Shown here piece after piece: positions 57,740 through 64,000 of a DNA stretch of 64,000 nucleotides. The DNA is taken from positions 7,718-71,717 of the forward strand of contig CAVYHF010000016.1 in the NCBI GenBank assembly GCA_963768235.1, in the 5' to 3' direction. Under the pieces are notes generated by a model. The model had not been told where the DNA came from, made no database searches, and saw nothing but the letters and a program-made list of their open reading frames with translations. Positions within the stretch are counted from its first letter, which is position 1. Every line of letters starts with the position of its first letter. The translations under genes and the position numbers were made by a program. Source of the DNA: an uncultured Flavobacteriaceae bacterium. Lineage in GTDB: Bacteria; Bacteroidota; Bacteroidia; Flavobacteriales; Flavobacteriaceae.

Positions 57740-59650
57740 ATGAAAAATACAATTGCCGAACGTATCTATGATTTTCTAAAGAATTTCCCTCCTTTTAACT
57801 TTTTGGAAAGTAATCAATTGATGGCTATTTGTAAAAATGTCAGGGTTGGTTATTATGAAAAGGACAATTTTGTTTTTGAAAAGGATGATGAACTGCATGA
57901 TTCATTTTATGTTGTGAAAGATGGCGCAGTCGGAATTTTTAGGGAAAGCGATATTTTGGTCGATGAATGTGATGAGGGTGATATTTTTGGATTAAGGGCA
58001 CTCATTCGAAAAAGCAAGTATAGGCTAAGTGCTCAGACAATTGAAGAGAGTATAGTGTATAGCATATCTTCACAACTTTTAGAAGAGTTTATAACGAGCA
58101 ATGTACGTGCCAACAAGTTTTTAATGGCAAGTTTTGCAACAAACACTTTAAATCCTAACATCGATAGCAGCAATGGTAGATTGTATTCCCTCGAAGGGGA
58201 ATTCAACCAAAATACAGAACACCTTACCCATGTACAGAATGTGCAATTTAAGAGGGCGCCTGTTACCTGTACTGAAAACACAAATATTGAAACTGCCGCA
58301 TTAACAATGACGGAGAAAAGGGTAGGCTCAATAATCATCACCAAGGAGAATATACCCAAGGGAATCATTACAGATAAGGACCTGCGAACCAAAATTGCTA
58401 CTGGTAGATTCAATATATTAGAAATGGTTACTCAAATCATGAGTTCTCCGCTCATAACGATTCCTGAGGCTACCTCAATTGCCGAAGCTCAAATAACAAT
58501 GCTTAGAAATAAGATCACCCATCTATGTATCACAAAAGATGGCACGATTGAGTCTGAACTTGTTGGTGTATTATCTGAACATGATATTGTTGTTTCACAA
58601 AGCAATAATCCATCATTCTTGATTAAGGAAATAAAAAGAGCCCAAAATTCAGAAATACTAAAGGATGTTCGCCAAAAGGCCCAAGGACTTATGCAACGCT
58701 ATCTTGATCAGCATATACCTGTGTTTTTTGTCTCTAAAATTGTTTCAGCCATAAATGAGGCCATATGCCATAAGGCTATTGAGCTTTCAATGGTAGAATT
58801 GGATCAAACTGCCCCTGTCCCTTTCTCCTGGCTTTCGCTAGGAAGTCAAGGTAGGAGAGAACAATTACTGATGACAGATCAAGACAATGCGCTTGTTTTT
58901 GCCGATGTTCCCATTGGGATATATGAGGAAACCAAATCCTATTTTCTAAAACTGGCAACCTTGGTTACTGAAAAATTAAATGATGTGGGATTTGAAATGT
59001 GCCCGGCTGAAATGATGGCGAGCAACCCTAAATGGTGCTTGTCACTGAGTGAATGGAAGGCACAGTTCAATGATTGGATTACCAAACCCGATGAGGACAA
59101 GATCATGCTTTCTACAATATTCTTTGATTATGATAAGGTTTATGGCGATAGTGATTTAGTTGATCAAATGTCTGATAGTATTTTTGATTCAATCGACACT
59201 TATGAAATATTTTTAAATTTCTTAGCATTAAACGCAATTAAAAATCCACCACCATTGAGTTTCTTTAGGCAATTTCTTGTAGAGCATGGTGGCGAACATA
59301 AAGATATGTTCGACATTAAAGCCCGGGCTATAATGCCTTTGGTTGATGCTGCAAGATTATTGGTTCTTTCTAAAAACATCAAAGATTATAATAATACAAT
59401 CCTAAGATTCCAAAAACTGGCAGACCTGGAGCCACAAAATAAAGACCTTTATAATACATGTATTGATGCCTTCAAAATCCTATTGCGCTTTAGAACAATA
59501 GAGGGATTAAGACTTGGTGATTCAGGAAGATTTATTGATCTTAAATCCTTGGGTAAATCAGATCGTTTAAAATTGAAAGGATGTTTTGGTCCGATCAAAG
59601 ATATTCAGGAGTTGATTAAAGTGCGTTTTAACCTTTCACAGTTGATGTAA
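57740..59650 (+). CDS. cyclic-nucleotide-binding / CBS pair / DUF294 nucleotidyltransferase protein
   Basis: 636 aa with an N-terminal cNMP-binding-like beta-roll (FVFEKDDELHDSFYVVKDGAVGIF...GDIFGLRAL), two CBS repeats, the Pol-beta NTase motif LGSQGRREQLLMTDQDNAL, and a helical C-terminal domain. Confidence 0.9.
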   Translation: MKNTIAERIYDFLKNFPPFNFLESNQLMAICKNVRVGYYEKDNFVFEKDDELHDSFYVVKDGAVGIFRESDILVDECDEGDIFGLRALIRKSKYRLSAQTIEESIVYSISSQLLEEFITSNVRANKFLMASFATNTLNPNIDSSNGRLYSLEGEFNQNTEHLTHVQNVQFKRAPVTCTENTNIETAALTMTEKRVGSIIITKENIPKGIITDKDLRTKIATGRFNILEMVTQIMSSPLITIPEATSIAEAQITMLRNKITHLCITKDGTIESELVGVLSEHDIVVSQSNNPSFLIKEIKRAQNSEILKDVRQKAQGLMQRYLDQHIPVFFVSKIVSAINEAICHKAIELSMVELDQTAPVPFSWLSLGSQGRREQLLMTDQDNALVFADVPIGIYEETKSYFLKLATLVTEKLNDVGFEMCPAEMMASNPKWCLSLSEWKAQFNDWITKPDEDKIMLSTIFFDYDKVYGDSDLVDQMSDSIFDSIDTYEIFLNFLALNAIKNPPPLSFFRQFLVEHGGEHKDMFDIKARAIMPLVDAARLLVLSKNIKDYNNTILRFQKLADLEPQNKDLYNTCIDAFKILLRFRTIEGLRLGDSGRFIDLKSLGKSDRLKLKGCFGPIKDIQELIKVRFNLSQLM

Positions 59651-60319
59651 ATGTTCAGTAGGATTTTCAATAAAAAAAAGACTGAATTTTGGAAGGATTA
59701 TAACGATCATTTCAAAAACAAACCTTCGCAGCAGATTGATGAGGTGCGATTTATCGTCTTTGATACAGAAACAACGGGCTTGGATATTAACAGTGACCGT
59801 ATTTTGGCAATTGGAGCTATTTCAATTTTTAAAATCGAGATGGATGTAGGTGATTCTCTTGAAATATATTTAAAACAAGAAATATTCAATGCTGATTCAG
59901 TAGAAATCCATGGAATATTAAAAGAAGGTAATACGGTCAAGCATACAGAAAAGGAAGCTATTATTTCATTTTTGGAATATGCCAGAAACGCCGTTTTAGT
60001 CGCCCATCATGCTGCGTTTGATGTTGCAATGATCAATGCATGTTTGAAAAGAATGGGATTGCCAAAATTAAAGAACAAAGTTCTTGATACTGGCATACTG
60101 TTCAAGAAAACCAATCTCTGTAGGAATAAGGAAAAACACTATTCCCTTGATCAACTAAGTGATACTTTCAATCTTAAAAAGCATGACCGTCATACCGCCT
60201 CTGGCGACGCTTTTCTTACAGGATTGATATTCCTTAAAATAATATCCAACTTAAAAAAATCAAGAAACATAGAATTGAATGACCTCTTTTTCAATTCAGC
60301 TAGAAGGGGGTTGCTCTAA
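59651..60319 (+). CDS. DEDDh 3'-5' exonuclease (DNA pol III epsilon-like)
   Basis: Exo motifs FDTETTG, VAHHAAFDVAM and HTASGDAFLT. Its ATG immediately follows the stop of the DUF294 gene. Confidence 0.9.
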   Translation: MFSRIFNKKKTEFWKDYNDHFKNKPSQQIDEVRFIVFDTETTGLDINSDRILAIGAISIFKIEMDVGDSLEIYLKQEIFNADSVEIHGILKEGNTVKHTEKEAIISFLEYARNAVLVAHHAAFDVAMINACLKRMGLPKLKNKVLDTGILFKKTNLCRNKEKHYSLDQLSDTFNLKKHDRHTASGDAFLTGLIFLKIISNLKKSRNIELNDLFFNSARRGLL

Positions 60320-60338
60320 GTTATTCTACCTGATTTCT

Positions 60339-61421
60339 TTAACTTGGAAAGAAAACAACGCCACTGGAAGAGTCCTTCTTGGCACCTGTAACAGAGCTTA
60401 AAACATTAATTTTTTGTTCTATTCTTAAAATTCCCATTAAAGCAAAAACCAGTGCTTCTTTGTTTTCTATTAGCTCTTTTGATGGTACAATAACTTCAAT
60501 GTTAGCTCCTAATTTTTTCTTTAAAGTTTCAATAAGGAAATCATTCAATGCGCCACCACCGGTTACCAATATCGTGGATTTTGTAGCGCTTGTATTTGCT
60601 TTAACCTGAATGGCAACTTGTTCGCATAAATGATGGATTGAAGTATGTAGCAAATTTTCAATGGAATCTTCAGTTGCTTCTATTATGGGAACCACCTTTT
60701 GTGTAAACCATTCAAAACCAGTAGATTTTGGAAAAGGTAATTTATAGTATTCCAAAGCATTCAATTGTTGAAGCATTGATGAATTTATTTTACCGGTACT
60801 GGCCAATTGGCCACCTTTGTCGTATTGCAAATCTATCTTCTGGGTAATGTGATTCAAAATCATATTGGCTAGCCCAATGTCATAGGCAATACGTTGGCCA
60901 TTTGTTTCAAAGGAAATATTACTTATTCCGCCAAGGTTTAAACAGAAATCATAATTGCCAAAAAACAACTGATCCCCAATCGGAACCAATGGCGCTCCTT
61001 GCCCATTTAAAGCAACATCATTTGTGCGAAAATCGCATACAACTTTGCATGCACTTTCATTGGCTAAATGCTGTCCGGAACCAATTTGGTAAGTGAGGCC
61101 ATTTTCTGGTTGATGATGTGTGGTATGTCCATGACTGGCAATAAAATCAACATGCAAATCATTTTCTATAATGAATATTTTTACTTGTTCTCCAAGCCAT
61201 TGGCCATAGGTATTGTTAAAAATTAAAAGCTCATCGGCAGATAGAAAAATCGAATTTTTCAGCTTTTCTTTTATTTTTGATGAATAGGAAATGCTTTTGG
61301 TTTGGTCTATTTTATATTCCCATCGGTCCTGGGTTTTTGAAATATGACAATAGGCAATATCAAGCCCATCTAAAGAGGTGCCGGACATTAATCCTATGAC
61401 TTTATATGTTTTAATTGCCAA
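60339..61421 (-). CDS. anmK: anhydro-N-acetylmuramic acid kinase
   Basis: GLMSGTSLDGLD N-terminal motif. 360 aa. Confidence 0.95.
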   Translation of the reverse strand: MAIKTYKVIGLMSGTSLDGLDIAYCHISKTQDRWEYKIDQTKSISYSSKIKEKLKNSIFLSADELLIFNNTYGQWLGEQVKIFIIENDLHVDFIASHGHTTHHQPENGLTYQIGSGQHLANESACKVVCDFRTNDVALNGQGAPLVPIGDQLFFGNYDFCLNLGGISNISFETNGQRIAYDIGLANMILNHITQKIDLQYDKGGQLASTGKINSSMLQQLNALEYYKLPFPKSTGFEWFTQKVVPIIEATEDSIENLLHTSIHHLCEQVAIQVKANTSATKSTILVTGGGALNDFLIETLKKKLGANIEVIVPSKELIENKEALVFALMGILRIEQKINVLSSVTGAKKDSSSGVVFFPS

Positions 61422-61571
61422 AATGAGGTTTCTTATGGTTCAAGAATAATGATGAAAGTTAATTAGATTCGTTTCAATGTAAAAAAAAAGTATTCTTTTT
61501 TTGACCAAAACCCTTTTTTAAATAGCCTTAATTTACGCAAGTCTCATTGATGAGATAAATTCTTAAGGTTT

Positions 61572-61617
61572 TATACCATTGATTTTTGACAAATTTATAC
61601 TATTGATTTTTAACAAA
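61572..61617 (+). repeat. tandem 22-bp repeat TATACYATTGATTTTTRACAAA x2 (24-bp period)
   Basis: 20 of 22 positions are identical. Related TTTTTGAC cores occur twice more in the same spacer. Confidence 0.45.
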
Positions 61618-61771
61618 AATGTGTATTTTTAGAAATTAATATTCATTGGCCGAAAACGCTTTAATTAAATATCGATTTTCCATTGTTATTTGAATGCTGT
61701 GATTAATGAAGCAAATGGTTTTTGACCATATACATCAACTGATTTATTAACCGATTATAAAGTAATACAAT

Positions 61772-63283
61772 ATGAGTAAGACTAAAAAAGAGAACACTTT
61801 AACCCGCCGAGATTTTGTGGGCAGAACTTTGGCCGCTTCTGCAGCGTTTACTATCGTGCCGTCGTATGCCGTTAGTGGATTGGGGCATGTAGCACCAAGT
61901 GACAAATTGAATATTGCCGGTATTGGTGTTGGGGGCATGGGACTTGCCAATTTAAAGAATTTGGAATCGCAAAATATTGTAGGTCTTTGTGATGTTGATT
62001 GGAAGTATGCCAAAGGTGCTTTTGATAGGTATCCAAACGCTAAAAAGTATTGGGATTGGCGTAAGATGTTTGATGAAATGGGTGATGAAATAGATGGAAT
62101 TGTTGTTGCTACCGCAGATCATACACATGCTATTATTTCTGCACATGCCATGACCATGGGCAAGCACGTATATCTTCAGAAGCCTTTGACCCACTCGGTT
62201 TATGAATCAAGATTAATGACAAAATTGGCCAAGGAGTATAAGGTGGCTACACAGATGGGTAACCAGGGCGCTTCAGGAGAAGGTGTTGCCAAAACATGTG
62301 AAATACTTTGGAGTGGTGCAATAGGGGATGTAAAGAAGGTAGAATCCTTTACCGATAGGCCCATATGGCCACAAGGCTTGAACAGCCCTGAAAGAGGTGA
62401 TTGGGTACCCGATACTTTAGATTGGGACCTGTTTACAGGACCTGCAAAAATGAAACCTTTCAATGAGGTTTACCATCCATGGAACTGGAGAGGATGGTGG
62501 GATTATGGTACTGGCGCACTGGGCGATATGGCCTGCCACATTTTGCATCCTGTTTTTGAGGGCTTAAAACTAGGGTATCCTACAAAGGCACAGGCAAGCT
62601 CGTCATTATTATTGAATGATTGTGCTCCGGTTTCACAGGCTGCTAAACTTACGTTCCCGGCAAGGGGAAGACAAGGGAAGATAAAGCTACCAGAAGTTGA
62701 TGTTCATTGGTACGATGGTGGTGTTAAGCCAGAATTACCCGACAATTGGCCAGCTGGTAAGGATCCAAATAAAGCTGGTGGAGGAACCTTCTTCTACGGA
62801 ACAAAAGATATTCTTCATGTAGGTTGTTATGGTGTTGAACCAGAATTGATGTCTGGCAAAAAAATATCCGCAGCAAAAACAGAAAGAAGGGTTGAGGATG
62901 AATTAGGACTGGCATGGAATAAGGGAGCCCATGAAATGGATTGGGTAAGAGCGTGTAAAGAAAGTCCCGAAAACAGAAAACCATGTACTTCCGACTTTGC
63001 TGAAGCCGGACCATTTAATGAAATGGTCGTTATGGGCGTACTTGCTGTTCGCTTACAGGCCTTGAACAAAATATTGGAATGGGACGGTGAGAAAATGGAA
63101 TTCACAAATATTGGTGCTAATGAGGAAATTAGAACTGTTATTAAAGATGGATTTGAAATTCACGATGGTCACCCAACGTTCAATAAGGAATGGACAGATC
63201 CAATGAATGCAGTTGCATATTCTCAGGAGTTGATCAAACATACCTACAGGGACGGCTGGTCATTACCTGATATGCCCGCATAG
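61772..63283 (+). CDS. Gfo/Idh/MocA family oxidoreductase with twin-arginine signal
   Basis: TAT signal TRRDFVGRTLAASAAF and Rossmann motif NIAGIGVGGMG. 503 aa. Confidence 0.9.
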   Translation: MSKTKKENTLTRRDFVGRTLAASAAFTIVPSYAVSGLGHVAPSDKLNIAGIGVGGMGLANLKNLESQNIVGLCDVDWKYAKGAFDRYPNAKKYWDWRKMFDEMGDEIDGIVVATADHTHAIISAHAMTMGKHVYLQKPLTHSVYESRLMTKLAKEYKVATQMGNQGASGEGVAKTCEILWSGAIGDVKKVESFTDRPIWPQGLNSPERGDWVPDTLDWDLFTGPAKMKPFNEVYHPWNWRGWWDYGTGALGDMACHILHPVFEGLKLGYPTKAQASSSLLLNDCAPVSQAAKLTFPARGRQGKIKLPEVDVHWYDGGVKPELPDNWPAGKDPNKAGGGTFFYGTKDILHVGCYGVEPELMSGKKISAAKTERRVEDELGLAWNKGAHEMDWVRACKESPENRKPCTSDFAEAGPFNEMVVMGVLAVRLQALNKILEWDGEKMEFTNIGANEEIRTVIKDGFEIHDGHPTFNKEWTDPMNAVAYSQELIKHTYRDGWSLPDMPA

Positions 63284-63320
63284 ATTTTTTAACTGAATTA
63301 AAATTATAATAATAATCAAA

Positions 63321-63355
63321 TGTACAGAACCTGTCCAAATGGTGGGTTCTGTACA
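63321..63355 (+). terminator. strong hairpin after the oxidoreductase gene
   Basis: Perfect 11-bp stem TGTACAGAACC / GGTTCTGTACA with a 13-nt loop. There is no clean U-tract, so terminator function is presumed. Confidence 0.5.
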
Positions 63356-63377
63356 AATAATCAATAAGTAGTTAGAT

Positions 63378-64000
63378 ATGAGAAAAATAAGTTTAGTTGT
63401 AATATTTAGCTTGATATTGCTTCCTGTATTATCAAGCTGTAAAGACAAAAAGGCAGATCAAAAAGAGGAAGCCGCGACAGAAGCTGAAATAGTTGTAGAA
63501 ACAGAAGAAGCTCCTATGAATGAACTTACCTCGGCAGAGAAAGCTGATGGATGGGTAATGCTTTTTGATGGAAAAACTTCTGAAGGATGGCGTGGTTATC
63601 AAAAAGACCACTTTCCTGCAGCATGGGAAATAGTAGATGGTACCATGCACATGTTAGGCTCTGGTCGAGGCGAAGCAGGAGCTAAGGATGGTGGTGATAT
63701 TATTTATGATAAGCAATTTCAAAATTTTACCTTAAGCTTAGAGTGGAAAATTTCTGAAGGAGGCAATTCAGGCATTCTTTACTTGGGAGAGGAAAAATTG
63801 GATTATATCTGGAAAACAGCGCCAGAAATGCAAATTTTGGATAATGAAAGACACCCGGATGCAAAACTGGGCAAGGATGGTAATCGTATGGCTGGATCTT
63901 TGTATGATCTTATACCTGCTAAACCTCAGAATGCCAAACCTGCCGGAGAGTGGAATAAAATAGAGCTAACCGTGTTTAAGGGTACTGTTGTTCATAATCA
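63378..64000 (+). CDS. DUF1080 (3-keto-disaccharide hydrolase-like) lipoprotein, 3' end outside the window
   Basis: ATG at 63378, lipobox VLSSC, then GWVMLFDGKTSEGWRGY...NSGILY...EMQILDN blocks typical of DUF1080. The frame is open to the end of the window and is not in the ORF track because no stop is present. Confidence 0.8.
   Translation, partial: MRKISLVVIFSLILLPVLSSCKDKKADQKEEAATEAEIVVETEEAPMNELTSAEKADGWVMLFDGKTSEGWRGYQKDHFPAAWEIVDGTMHMLGSGRGEAGAKDGGDIIYDKQFQNFTLSLEWKISEGGNSGILYLGEEKLDYIWKTAPEMQILDNERHPDAKLGKDGNRMAGSLYDLIPAKPQNAKPAGEWNKIELTVFKGTVVHN

Noticed and set aside
1-64000. CRISPR arrays, tRNA, rRNA, prophage or defence-island content.
   Set aside because: No regularly spaced repeats, no tRNA-like T-arm (GGTTCGAATCC-type) sequences in the spacers, and no integrase, helicase or restriction-type genes were seen. 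This was checked by eye only, so small RNAs could have been missed.

Overview
This 64-kb AT-rich chromosomal segment reads like a Flavobacteriaceae (Bacteroidota) genome. Supporting signs are a GldI-type gliding-motility PPIase, Bacteroidetes-style TAnnTTTG -7 promoter boxes, and typical flavobacterial synteny (recF-lipoprotein-DUF721, ribH-mutL-two rhomboids, parA-parB-DUF5683-dapB-lepB-WbqC). I can support about 60 protein-coding genes and one heavily frameshifted pseudogene. I saw no rRNA, tRNA, CRISPR array or intact mobile element. Positions 1-27.6 kb are mostly housekeeping. Positions 27.9-46.4 kb form a dense methylmalonyl-CoA/propionate locus: a MutA-like paralog, epimerase, Na+-translocating methylmalonyl-CoA decarboxylase, CoA-transferase, mutA/mutB, meaB, and an ATP-dependent propionyl-CoA carboxylase. 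Positions 47.8-60.3 kb form an acetate-acquisition island. It holds acs, a porin-DUF4212-ActP operon, a transporter-fused histidine kinase with an output-less receiver, an orphan InsA-like Zn-ribbon/HTH protein, and a cNMP/CBS-gated DUF294 nucleotidyltransferase coupled to a DEDDh exonuclease. The best candidate for an undescribed system is the signalling layer of that island: sensor kinase, stand-alone receiver, DUF294 NTase plus exonuclease, orphan HTH protein, and a shared GCAC(AC)AAAAC motif upstream of acs and the porin operon. All family assignments come from motif recognition by eye and need HMM/BLAST confirmation.
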